Below are positions 25,506 to 37,100 of a stretch of DNA of 64,000 bases, one piece after another. A model generated the notes under the pieces. The model was not told the origin of the DNA. It was given only the letters and a program-made list of their open reading frames with translations, and made no database searches. The translations under genes and the position numbers were made by a program. The DNA is taken from the NCBI GenBank assembly GCA_963575745.1, contig CAUYUJ010000272.1:1-64000 (forward strand), given 5' to 3'. Numbering within the stretch: position 1 is the stretch's first letter; every line of letters begins with the position of its first letter. The DNA comes from Prorocentrum cordatum. Taxonomy: Eukaryota.

Positions 25506-26864
25506 TTGTGATACGGGTTGATGGTCTAGTTCTCCCGATGGATGCCTCCTCCTCCTCCTCCTCCTCCTCCTCCTCCTCCTCCTCCGCCTCCCTCCTCCTC
25601 CTCCTCCTCCGCCTCCTCCTCCTGGGGAGGGGGGGGAGGTGGGAGGGCCGCCCCGCCCTGCGGCGGTGCGGCGGGAGCGCCCCCCCCCCTCCCGGGAACA
25701 GGCGAGGCGGCTCGGGCGGCGGCGGCCGTGGGCGCGGAAGGCTCGACTGGACGTCAGAGTGGCCCTTCGCCGGAGTGACCTCCTGGGTGCGGGCCCACCG
25801 GGGTGCCCCGATCGCTGAACGCGAGGCGGTAGCAGCGGCTTGCGCGCTTGGGTTTGCCCCCCCCCCCCCCCCCCGCGTCCCCCGCTCAGGCGCGCACCAG
25901 AGGTCACAGTTGCCCAGGGTCACTCTTGCGTGTAGCCGAAAGGGCGCGGAGGCGGAGGGAGGGAGAACGGAGGTCCCCAGAGATTCGACGCCCCGAAAAA
26001 ATCGGAGCGGCGGGATTCGGGCAGTTCTCGGGCTCCAGGGGCCCTCGCCAGGCCTCGAGAGCGTCAAGAGACGACTCAAGACGAAGAACCAGACCTATAG
26101 GGAAGTGGTCTGGACCTCCAGGACCCACGCATCGAAAAAATTTGAGCAGACGGCTGTCTGGGTCACCACAGACATCCAGGTGTCGGAAACAATAAGGCAA
26201 TATTCGTGCAGAACCTATCGTCTGAACTCCCCCCTCCTCCCCCCAACTTCGATTCTGGGCCTCCGAGTGGTCTTCGAGGAACGTGCCAACTTTGAATTGC
26301 GGGGGAACGCCATGCTGTGACATACTACGCTTTGCGGTGCTCTTCTACGCCATGCCATGCCGTGCTCTACAATGCATCCCGTACCCTTTCGGGATCATTG
26401 CCCTGCTCGACATCCGACTGTGCGAGTAGAGAGGGGATCTACGCCATGGTAAGGGATGGGAGGGAGGGGTGGGATGTCAGATATGACGCGAGCGCACCTA
26501 GCTTGCCCCCCCCCTCCCCGTCTCCCCCCCTCGCCTCCCCCCCTCATAACGCCCAAGTGCGGCCGCGAATAAAAAATGCGCTCAAGACATCGGAGGCTCA
26601 CGTGTTGAGGAACTCAAGACGTCGCAGGTCTGGAGCGGAGCCAGGGACCTTGAGATCCGACGTCGCGAAAGAGCTGCAGCATTGCGAGACAGCCACGTCA
26701 GGGGCTATGGACTCCATCTTCGGCGGCGCGCAAAGGGGGTAGGGGGAGGGGGAAGGCGTCTTAAAAAGGAGGCTGCTTCTTGGAAGGCGCCGGCCCTACC
26801 TCTGTAGACAATGCCCGCCCCTTCTAAGAAGCAGCCTCCTTCTAGTCGCCTTAGCCCCTTCCCC

Positions 26865-27068
26865 TACATCCCTCCTCGAAATCAGACGCAAGTGCTTCCC
26901 ACGACATGGCGACGCCCCTGGACCCCCACTTTCAATGTTGACGCCAACGCTGGCGACTGCAGTTCTTTGGCTGACCCCGCGGGCCGCACTGCGCGCGTCC
27001 ATCAGCACTGAAACTCGGAGGCGAGGGGGTCGGATCAAAATTTGCGTTTGATTTCGAGGAGGGTTGTA
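26865..27068. mobile_element. MITE family M6 (~27-bp TIR TACAWCCCTCCTCGAAATCARACGCAA)
   Basis: Near-perfect inverted termini; second copy at ~58854-59100. Confidence 0.7.
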
Positions 27069-27355
27069 CAGTTCGCGCGGGCCAGTGCGTTTCTGGAGCG
27101 ACTTGTCGCTCGCCCCATACACAGCCGTTGGAGGGGAATCGGGCCCAATGGGCGAGCGGGGGCAGGGGGTGGGCGGCCAGGGCCAGGGCGAGAGTGGGCT
27201 TGGCATCGCTCGGACGTGTGCATTTTTCTCGGCGAGGGCCATCGAGGAGCATTTCGGAGCACGGGGAATGTGCACCGCTCCCCCTGGTGCGCGCCGCCAG
27301 CAATTTTCCTGCGGCTTTTCCTGCGGCAGCCTTCGAGGGCCGGCCCGAGCCGTGA

Positions 27356-27455
27356 NNNNNNNNNNNNNNNNNNNNNNNNNNNNNNNNNNNNNNNNNNNNN
27401 NNNNNNNNNNNNNNNNNNNNNNNNNNNNNNNNNNNNNNNNNNNNNNNNNNNNNNN
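27356..27455. other. Assembly gap (100 N)
   Basis: Run of n. Confidence 1.
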
Positions 27456-27607
27456 TTTCTGCTCCCGAATCGTTCCGAAACGTGCTCCCGCTGCAGCGTG
27501 GGTCTCATTTTCGGATCGGTGTTTGGCCTCCGTCGTTCAGGATGGCGTTCTCGCCCCAGCGCGGGCCTCTTTCTCGCGCGCCCATCCGCCCGCCACCACC
27601 GCGCCGC

Positions 27608-28515
27608 ACCACCACCACCACCACCACCACCACCACCACCACCACCACCACCATCACAACCACCACCACCACCACCAGCACCAGCACCACCACCAGCACG
27701 AGCACGAGCACCAGCACCAGCACCAGCACCAGCACCACCACCACGAGCACCACCACCACCACCACCACCACAACCACGCACACACGCACGCACGCACGCA
27801 CGCACGCACGTGCACCACCACCCACTACGCACGCGCGCGCTGAGCCACAGGTCCGCTACGACACGCGTCCGCGGATAGAGAAAATCAGCGCCATGGTAAG
27901 GGATGGGAGGGAGGGGTAGGACATCAGATACGACGCGAGCGCACCTAGCTTGCCTCCTCCCCCTCCCCCTCAACCTCCTCCTTCTCCTCCTCCTCCTCCT
28001 CCCTCCTCCTGCCTCCTCCTGCTCCTTCCTCCTCCTTCCCTCTACTCTTCCTCCTTCCCTCCTCCCTTCCTCCCTCCTCACACCTCCCCTCCTCCCTCCT
28101 CCCTCCATCTCCACTCCTCCTTTCCCTCCTCCTCCCTCCTCACTCCTCCCTCCGCCGGCCCTCCTCCTCCCCTCCTCCTCCCTCCTCCTCCTAACTCCTC
28201 CTCCTCCTCCTTCCTCCTCCTCTCTCTCCTCCTTCCTTCCTCCTCCTCTCCTCTCCTCTCATCCGCCTCCTCCTCCTCCTCCGTCTCCTCCCTCCCCCTA
28301 CCCTCAAACTCCTCCTCCTCCTCCTCCTCCTCCTCCTCCTCCTCCTTCTACTCCGTCTCATCCCTCCACTCCCCCTCAACCTCCTCCTCCTCCTCCTCAT
28401 CCTTCTCCCGTTCCCTTATCAGCTCCTCCTCAAGTCCTCCTCCTCCCAATCCTCCTCCTCCTCCCTCATCCTCTCCTCCTCCTCCTCCTCCTCCTCCTCC
28501 TCCTCCTCCTCCTCC
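27608..28515. repeat. (CAC)n then (CTC)n microsatellites next to the assembly gap
   Basis: Directly visible. Confidence 0.95.
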
Positions 28516-29865
28516 TCGGGTCGCCTACGGCCCCAGGGGAAACCGTGCAGCAGCGCCCCGACCTCGGGTCGGGCGCGTGGTAATCCGACCAGGGGCGAAG
28601 CGCCCTGGCTTGCCTATAAGCCCACCAAATAATGTCGCTAACACTTGTTTGGTCTGCCCGACATGTTCTTATAACACTTCTGGCTGATACAGTCTTGCTA
28701 ATGATATAAGAGCCTGGTTTTTGTTTTACGAACCATCTCTTGGTCTAAGATCATGTCGGGGTAGGCCTATGCAATGCCGGAACGGTCGGTCTCTGTTCAA
28801 ATAATGGGGGGTGACCTAAACTGGGGGTACAGAAAATGACCTGAAAGGGGTGTTTTCTTCCCTAAGGTGTCTTCTTCTTGACCCCCCATGTAGGTCACTC
28901 CACATTACCACCCGCCCGATCAGGGGAGGAGGGAGGGTGGGGAGAAATGGTCAGGTCGGTCGGCTTCCCTGTCCCCCTAGGCCTCCCAGGTGGGGTCCGA
29001 GAGGATGGGGAGAGACGATCGCGCCGCATCATTGGTGCATCGCCAGTGCGGCTCGATGTGGAGCCAGAGTTTCTCCACTTCTCCACGCCTACGGCGCCGA
29101 TGCATCGCCGACGTCGCCGATGCATCGGCGATGTATCGGCAATGCATGGGCGATGCGGCGCAAGCCTCCGACCCCATCCACTCGTACCCCATCTGCTACC
29201 CTCGACCAAATTCACCTCAAACATATGTTGCGCAGTTTCCTTGTCGATGTGATTTTCTGGCTTTGGGTAACATTACGTGCCAAGTACTTGTTGGCGCCCA
29301 CCCTGCAATGTCAGCCATCGTGGAACTTCCGAGTCACACCCGCTCAGGTCGCGTTTCGCCCCCGCGTCGACATCGATTTGGGGCGACATTGAATGGGTGA
29401 ATGGGGGCGACATTGACGGGGGGCGTCAACCATTTTTGAGGTCAACTTAGTCGAGGGATGCAGGAGGTCCCCCAGAGGTTCTGACGGTCCCGGGGCCAGG
29501 AAGCGGCCCCCGGAAGCCGAAAAAGGCAAAAATCTTTCCCGAATCCAGTGCCTCTCACCTCGGACCCCATCTATCTCTACCCACCAAACCACCCCAACCA
29601 TGCCCGAAGGCCCCACTGGGCCCTCCATTCCCAGTGGTGGGGGGGGGCGTCCGGGAACATTGAAAACCGCGTATGGCACCCGTACCCCCTCCCCCCAACC
29701 CGAGATTTGGGTCTTCGGGTTGCGTTGGGGTGGTCTGGGAGGTACAGTCGAGCATCTGATTAAGCAGCCTCCTCCCAAAAAGCTAGGCTAGCGTTTCTTC
29801 GCCAACTTGCCCAGTTTCTTGCGCACCGCACCCTCTCTAGCGCCAACAGGGACGGCTGGCCCAGC

Positions 29866-29973
29866 CTGTCGTCTTGAGAAGCTTCCGGGAAGCAGGCCCA
29901 GATCTCTTCAGCGGTGATCTTCTTCATCGTCCTCTCGGCTGTGGTCAAATAGTCGAATCCGGGAGGCCCCGAC
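29866..29973 (-). CDS. Candidate internal exon of an intron-rich host gene (SGPPGFDYLTTAERTMKKITAEEIWACFPEASQDD)
   Basis: A unique 108-bp island with an AG|G acceptor, an AG|GC donor and an open frame; product not recognised. Confidence 0.3.
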
Positions 29974-31308
29974 CTCCGGAGCCCAGGCCCGGGGGTGTCT
30001 GGGCGGCCGGCCCTGCCCGCCGCGCCCGGCACGCCTCGCTCTGCAGCCGCGCCCCTCGAGAGCAGCCGGCGCGTGCGGGTTCGCGCCTTGCAGGCACTGC
30101 CCGCCCGGCTGCTGCGGCACCGCGGCGGGTGCGCCGCGGGGGGGGCGTTCGGCCACGCGCAGAGGGGAGGCCTTCGTTGGCTTTTGGCGGTTCTCGGCGG
30201 TGCTCGTGGGTTTCCGGCGGTTTTCCAGCCTCGGGAAGCTCTCCGGCACCTGCGCCTCGCCAAGAGCGTTCTGGGGGTGCCCAGATCGTCCCAAACGGCC
30301 GCCTGAGGCCCGAGTTGTGGCCCGAAAGCCTACGTCACGCGCAGAGGGGGGAATGGGGAGGGGGGAAGGCGTCTTCGAAGCACCCCTGCTTCTTAGCAGG
30401 CGTGGGCCTCGTCTACAGATGTAGGGGCGGCGCTTTCCAAGAAGCAGCCTCCTTAATGTAATAGTAGCCTTCCCCCCTCCCCTTGTTCGCGCCGGCAAGT
30501 GATACAGCTCGGCCACACGCGAGAGCGACCCTCTAGGCCTCCCAGGTGGGGTCGAAGTAGACGGGGGTCGGAGGATCGCGCTGCATCGGCGATGCGTCTC
30601 GATGTGGAGCCCGACATTCTTCACGCCGAGGTCGCCGATGCATCGCCGACGCCGCCGATGCATCGCCGATCTATCGCTGATGCGGTGTAATTTTTCCGAC
30701 ATCCACTCGGACCCCATCTAGGAGGCTTTTAGACATCTCTATACCCTTCGCCAGAGCGACCCTTCGTTGCGTGATATTCGACCCTGAGCCAAACCTCAGA
30801 AACGGTTGTGGACGTCGCCGCGGCGAGCGCGGCGGCCACAAATCGGGGCGAGGTGTTCGTCAAGTAGCGACATGCCCCTTACCAGCCCCCCCCCGCTCTG
30901 CGACGTAGACTTTGCTCATGAATAACACTAGCGACAGAGAGTTGTCAATGTATGTCCAACATGGGCAGTCACCTTTCTTTGTTAGGCGTCGACTACCACG
31001 CAACCGAGAGGCGCCTTCGAGGCGGCTGTAGACTGACGGACGATATCGTCTGTTCCTGGAGGCTCTCCCTCGAGATGCGTTCCAGCAGCTGCGCCTCGCC
31101 GAGAGTGCTCCGGGGGGGGGGAGGGGCCGAATGATCCCGAACAGCCTCGCCGGTTCCTGGAGGTTCTCCCGCCTGGGGATGCATTCCAGCAGCTGCGCCT
31201 CGCCGAGAGCGCTCCAGGGGGGGTGGCGTCAGTGGTCCCGCGGGTAGCCGAAAAAACTATGGAAAAAAACATCATGTGGACAAAAACACAAACTGTGTGT
31301 GTGTGCGT

Positions 31309-31375
<67 letters not shown>

Positions 31376-31622
31376 CCACAAACGCGTCTGTTTCCCCCTG
31401 TGTGTGTTTTCCACTGTGCTCTTGTCCACTGCGTGTCTGTTCGCCTGGGTGACCTCTGGCGCGCGGCTTCCGGCGGGGCGCGGAGAGGCCGCGCCCAGGC
31501 ACGCAGGCCCCTGCTGCCGCATCGCACGCAGTGATCGGCGCAAGCCGCGCGCCAGACGCCCGCCCCCTGCCCTGTGGGCGCCCTCGCGTGTGGCCGAGGT
31601 GTGGGCGCTCCGCCGCTGCCAG

Positions 31623-31678
<56 letters not shown>

Positions 31679-31750
31679 TAAATATATACATGCTACGCAT
31701 GTATGTATGTATGCATGCATGTAAGTATGTATGCATGCATGCATGTATGA

Positions 31751-31782
<32 letters not shown>

Positions 31783-31881
31783 GAACCTTCCAAGGAAACC
31801 TATGCGGAGTCCACCTGAGCGTGCGCGACGCCGTTGATGGATAACGGTTGAGTTTCATCCATCTGCCGTAGCTGTGTTGGC
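31783..31881 (+). repeat. Split direct repeat A1 (99 bp, 5' terminus of the element)
   Basis: GAACCTTCCAAGGAAACC...GCTGTGTTGGC reads identical to 39033-39131 (offset 7250). Confidence 0.95.
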
Positions 31882-32121
31882 TCGAGACAGGCAGCGGAGT
31901 CACCGGGCGGTGCCGCCCGTCTGTGGCCGCTGCCGAGCCACTCTGTCTACTGAAAGTTCGCCGCGCCGAGCGCGGCCGCGTGCAGGCCACGCTCGGACGA
32001 CTGATTCTGATCAGCCTCGCTGGCAGACTTTGCGGGCTGAGGGGAGCGAAGACCTGGCTGGGAGACGAGGATCCCGGGCGCGGGTCGCCCCTCTCCCGCG
32101 CCGCTGCTGGCGAGGAGCCCG

Positions 32122-33564
32122 ATGGAGCGGGCAGCCCCGGGTGCCGCCGGGTGGCCCTTCCCGAGAGGGGCCTGGCTCGACGCGGCGCTGAACGGCGACC
32201 TGGTGCCGGGGCTGCCGCTGTGGGCTGGTGCACGGGTCCTGGCGCGCGTCAAGGACGACGACGGGGCGCCGCAGGGCGTCGAGATGCTCGAAGTGGAGGT
32301 CGCCTACCAAGCGGACGCCTTCGGCCGTTTCTTCAAGGGGCGGCACGTGGGCGCCAGCGACCCGTACTTCTCATGGTATGCAGCCTCCTCCGGGCAGCAG
32401 GGCGCGCGCCCCCTGGCCACGGTCTTCCACCTCTGCAAGTGCAGCGCCGCCGAGTGCGGGGCGGTCGCCCCAGTGGGCGCAGTAGTCGAGCACTTGGACG
32501 TGTGGCAGGTGGTGGACCCCCGCGATGTGGCCCGCGAGCAGGCGAAGCTCATCTGCCCGGCCGCGGACCCTGGAGCGCCTGTGCTGGCCGACGCGCCCTC
32601 GGCCGAGCCGATGCCTGGAGAGCTCGGCGGATGGCCGCTCGGGGACGGGGCCAACGAGGACGAGGAGGAGCCTCGCGGGCCACCGCGCAAGCGAGCCCGC
32701 GAGGTGGAGGGCACCCAGACCCCTGGCGGACCAGGAGATACGAGCCCGCTCGACCAGGAGCTTGCTGGGCTCGAGGAGACCGCCGAGGACCCCGAGCTCG
32801 AGGCGCGGCTGGCGCGGCTCGGGGGCAAGGCAGCTCGTGGTGGGCCGAGGCAGGGCACGCCCAAGAATGCCGCGCGCCCAGCAGGGGCCGTGGGCGAGCG
32901 CCTGGCGCAGGTGGTAGCTGGCCGAGCCGCCGCTGCTGCCCCTGCGCGCGCCAGCGCCTCGGGATCGAAGAGCAGGCTGGCGTCAGCGTTGACCGCTGCG
33001 CTCCTGGGGCGCGACGACGACGACGCGGAGGACGGCGCGGAGAGCGACACGGAGCGCCTCGGGGGCCGCGATCGCTACCAGGGCGTGAACATCAAGCGCG
33101 ACTTGTTCCGCAGGATCGCTCGGCAGCGGCCTGGTGCTCTCCTCGAGAATGGGCTCGGCCACCTGCGCAGCCAGTTCACCCAGCAGCTGTCCGCGGGCGA
33201 AGCCGACCCTCTGGCCCCATGCGTCACGCAGTTCCTGAACACGGTGTTCTTCGTTGCTCACCCGCCGCGCACGCTGGGGACAGACGAGGTGCGGGTCCTC
33301 CGCACGCTGGGGCTGGCGCTCGACGGCATCCTGCGCGGAGAGGTCGTCGAGACTGCGGATCTGCTCATGCAGGAGTTCAAGGCGCGGACGATGGCCATCC
33401 GCGACGGGAACTGGCGGTCAGCACGGTGGCTCACGCTGGTCGCACAGGAACAGCTTCCATCAGGCGCCTCTCTGGACGAGGAGAACGCCGCCGAGAAGGT
33501 CGAGGCCCGGGAGCTGAAGGTCGCCGAACTCCGCCAGCGGCTTGCAGACCGCAGGCCGGGCTAG
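32122..33564 (+). CDS. ORF1, putative Gag-like protein of the YR retrotransposon (480 aa)
   Basis: ATG-initiated, non-repetitive and GC3-rich, in the first-ORF position of the element. It has an N-terminal H-x-C-x6-C-x11-H cluster, an acidic/Pro linker and a helical-looking C-terminal block ([30 protein letters not shown]). The Gag call is positional. Confidence 0.8.
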   Translation: MERAAPGAAGWPFPRGAWLDAALNGDLVPGLPLWAGARVLARVKDDDGAPQGVEMLEVEVAYQADAFGRFFKGRHVGASDPYFSWYAASSGQQGARPLATVFHLCKCSAAECGAVAPVGAVVEHLDVWQVVDPRDVAREQAKLICPAADPGAPVLADAPSAEPMPGELGGWPLGDGANEDEEEPRGPPRKRAREVEGTQTPGGPGDTSPLDQELAGLEETAEDPELEARLARLGGKAARGGPRQGTPKNAARPAGAVGERLAQVVAGRAAAAAPARASASGSKSRLASALTAALLGRDDDDAEDGAESDTERLGGRDRYQGVNIKRDLFRRIARQRPGALLENGLGHLRSQFTQQLSAGEADPLAPCVTQFLNTVFFVAHPPRTLGTDEVRVLRTLGLALDGILRGEVVETADLLMQEFKARTMAIRDGNWRSARWLTLVAQEQLPSGASLDEENAAEKVEARELKVAELRQRLADRRPG

Positions 33565-34041
33565 GGGTCTGGCCGGGAGCCGTCTCCGTTGCAGGGGGGG
33601 ACGGCACCTGCAGGCCATGGGCGCGCGGAGGCGCGCCCCCCGCCCCCTGCTACCGGGACGCCAGTCTCGGGATCGGCCGAGGCGATGAGGATCCTTGCCG
33701 GACGCGTTCCTGGCGACGGTCCCGCAGCTCCCCCCGCCGAGAAGAAGCCGCCAGCGGCGCGGAGGACCAGCCGCAGTCCCACGCGGTCAGTCCAGCTCCT
33801 GAGCGACTCGGAGGGGGACCTCGACGCAGCAGCCGCCGCCCGCGTGCCACCAGCGGAGGCGGCGGCGAGCCGGAGCTTCTCGCAGCACAAGGCGGCCCAC
33901 CCGAGGCGCGAGGGCGAGACCCAGGCAGCGTGGAAGGCGCGCATCGGGAGGCCGCTGGCTGCCAAGAGCCGCGGCAAAGGCAAGACGGGGAAGAGCCGCG
34001 GCACGGGCACTGCTCGCAGGACGGCCTGGGTTCGAGCGTGA
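33565..34041 (+). CDS. In-frame continuation of ORF1 beyond its TAG (158 codons, Pro/Ala-rich then basic KSRGKGKTGK tail); possible read-through extension
   Basis: Same frame as ORF1, with no stop between TAG 33562-33564 and TGA 34039-34041. It ends just before the likely pol start. Confidence 0.45.
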   Translation, partial: GSGREPSPLQGGTAPAGHGRAEARPPPPATGTPVSGSAEAMRILAGRVPGDGPAAPPAEKKPPAARRTSRSPTRSVQLLSDSEGDLDAAAAARVPPAEAAASRSFSQHKAAHPRREGETQAAWKARIGRPLAAKSRGKGKTGKSRGTGTARRTAWVRA

Positions 34042-34145
34042 GGGCCGACACGGCTAAGGCCGCGGCCCACAGCACGCCCCCGCCTGCCCTCCGCCCGCCT
34101 GAGCGGCAGCTTCGCGGCAGTTCGCAGGCTCGGCGGTGGCGCCAG

Positions 34146-37100
34146 ATGCTAGCCGAGGTGGGCACGGGCGTCAGCTCCAAGTTCAGGCTGGCCCTCGCAG
34201 TCCACGAGGCGGTGCACGGCTCGCCAGGGGCGATCGGGCGGTACGTTCGTAAGATGTGCACTTCGCCAGACCCCACGGCCAGCTTCGCGCGGCTGCGCGA
34301 GGTGTTGCCGTTACCACTGCCCGACGCCCCACTCTTCGAGAGGTACCGCGCCGCCTGGTACCTGCACCAGCAGCTGCCGGAGACCTGCGAGGTGGACGCC
34401 GCCACGGCGCAGGGGTGGGCCCAGCTCGTGGTCTTCAGCCTGAACTACCAGTACACGGGGCACATGCGCAGTCCCACCGTCGCCGCGAGGCGGCCCACGG
34501 CTAGCCAGGTTAGTGCGCTCGGCATTGTGCAGGAGGCCTGTGAGTATTTCGTTCAGGATGCCGCCACAGCCTTCGAGCTCCCGGACTGGGACCGGGTCAT
34601 CTCGTCGAGGACCGTCTCCTACGGGGGCGAGGAGACGGCCCGCGCCTTGCCGCTCTCGCTCGCGGGCATCATGCCAGGCCTCCCCGCGCGCGGCGTTGCC
34701 GCCTCGGTCAAGGCGGTCGACATCGCGGACGCTCAGGTGGGCGCCTGGCTTGCCGACCCCACGCTGGCTTTGCTCCCACGAGATGAGTGGCCTGCAGAGG
34801 TCCCGCGGGCAGCGATCCAGGTCACGTCCAAGCAGGAGTGGTACCGCATCGGGACCAAGCTCGTCGAGCTGGGGCTGGCGGCGCCGATCGCCGACGACCG
34901 CATCTTCAAGGTCGGGAACCGCAAGGTGCTTGCGGGGGCGTTCGGGGTCGCCAAGGGAGGCACGCCGTCACCTGGGCAGGCGTGCGTCCAGCGGTTAATC
35001 ATCAACATGGTCCCGGCCAACAGCTACCAGCGCATCATGAGGGATGACATCGGGACCCTTAGCGCGTCGCCCTCGTGGGTCGCCATCCCGCTCCCAGAGG
35101 GCCACATGCTGCTCTGGTCCTCGGATGACCAAGCCTCCGCTTTCTACTGCTACGAGCTGCCCGAGGCCTGGCAGCCATACATGACCCTCGCGGAGGCGAT
35201 CCCGAACGAGCTCATCGGTGTGCCGGGTCCTGGGAAGACTCACCTCGCGCTGCGCGTCATCCCGATGGGCTGGATCAACGCGGTCACGGTGTTTCAGCAC
35301 TGCCACAGGCGCCTCGGGTTCGGCTCTCGCCCCCTCGCTGCGGGGTTTCCCGCAGAGCTCGAGTGGCGCAAGGACCGGCCGCTTCCGTTCAAGTCGAAGG
35401 AGCTCGAGCAGCAGTGGATCCAGTACTACATCGACGACTGGGACCATGGCGAGGTGGTGCCCAACGCGATGGTCGCGGAGCTCCTCGGCACGATGAGCTG
35501 CGCGCAGGAGGAGCAGAGGGCCGCCTACGGCCGCTCGGGGATCAGCGTCGCCCCCGGCAAGGCCAAGCACCGCGCGCTGGTCCTGGAGCGGATGGGCGCG
35601 GGTCTTGACGGGGCCGTCGGCCGGGTCGGAGTCACGACCGAGAAGCTGCACCAGCTGCTGGCGTTCATCCTGTGGGGCATGGGCAGGCAGGGCCTCTCGT
35701 CACAGGGCATGCTCATGATCCTAGGCAGGTGCGCCAGGGCAGCGGAGTTCAGGAGGCCTTTCATGGGATTCCTCAACAGCGTGTGGGCTGCTGGACGCTG
35801 GACGCGTCCGCAGACTGGTCCCCTTGGCATGTGCGACGAGCTCTTGGGCTTCGCGATGGCGCTGCCGCTGGCCTACACTGACCTGCGCGCGAAGATCGAC
35901 ACTTGTGTCATAGCGACCGATGCCAGCGAGCGCGCCGGGGGCATCTGCCACACGGCCGGGCTCTCGGCGCAGGGCGTTGCGTGCGCGAGAGGGGGGGCTT
36001 CGGCTGTGACGTTGCGGCCTGGTGCAGTTGCGGCCCCTGTGCGGGGTGTGCGGTGGCGTCCTCGCATAGTTCTCATCGAGCTCTTCGCTGGCGCCGCGGG
36101 GGCCGCGGTGGCGGCCTCCAGACTCCCGATCGACGTGATGGCCCATGTCAGCTGCGAGGTCGAGCCCGCCGCCCGGCGACTGGTGCGTCGCCGCTGGGCG
36201 GGCGTGATCGAGCTTGGCAACATCGAGGCCGTCGACACGGCGCGGTTTACTGAGATGCTGAAGGGCTACGCGCGGGACGCCGACTGGGTCGTCCTGACCG
36301 CGGGGAGCCCGTGCCAAGACCTGGCGAGCATCAATGTCGTGGGGACCGGCCTGGAGGGGTCGAGGTCGAGGCTCTTCTTCCGGGTCCCCGAGCTGATCCA
36401 GGCAGCAGAGGCTGCCTTTCCCAAGCGCACCATGTGGTTCGTCGAGAACGTGTTCAGCATGACCTTAGAGTCGAGGGCGGAGTTCACCAGGGCGCTTGGC
36501 GTCACACCCGTGTTCCTCGATGCCAGGTGTCTCACTCACGTCAGGCGGCCCCGCCTGTACTGGTGCTCGTGGCCCGTTACGGCGTTCTTGGCGTCCGACG
36601 CCACCGTCGAGACCAAGGGTGTGGGTGAAGCCACGTACTTCAAGGTCTCGCTTGCGGTGGAGAGGCTCCCACTGAGTGCCTCGCTCCTGGAGGGCTGGTC
36701 GACGCTGGACCCTGAGGCAGACCTCCCTTGTTTCACGAGGCCGATCCCGCGGAGTCACCCGCCGTTTCGGCCCGTGGGCCTCGACCGCGCCTCGGTGAGG
36801 GCTGCAGAGCGCTGGGCTGCCGACAGCTACCGTTACCAGGTCAACAACTACGAGGACGGCAGCCTCATCTGGGATGCAAGGCGTGAGCGGGGCCGGCTGC
36901 CCGTGCCTGAGGAGCGTGCTGCCCTGATGGGGTTCGACCGTCTCTATTTCCAGGCCGCTGTAAAAGATAGTGCACCTGCCGCCGAGCGTGACAGCGTCAT
37001 TGAGTCTCTGATCGGGAATACGTTCTGCGTCCAGGCTGTCATGTATCTTCTCGGCTCGTGGCTCGCTCAGGTGGGGGCGCTAGCGGCCGCCATCCCGGGC

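Noticed and set aside
27035..28114. ORFs spanning the N run
   Set aside because: They are artefacts of the 100-N gap and the adjacent microsatellites.
31923..34145. N-terminal ~740 codons of the 1967-aa ORF as real protein
   Set aside because: This is the -1 shadow frame of GC3-rich ORF1, where stops are naturally rare, and it reads as R/G/A-rich noise. Recognisable Pol sequence starts after ~34146. A frameshift entry is not excluded.
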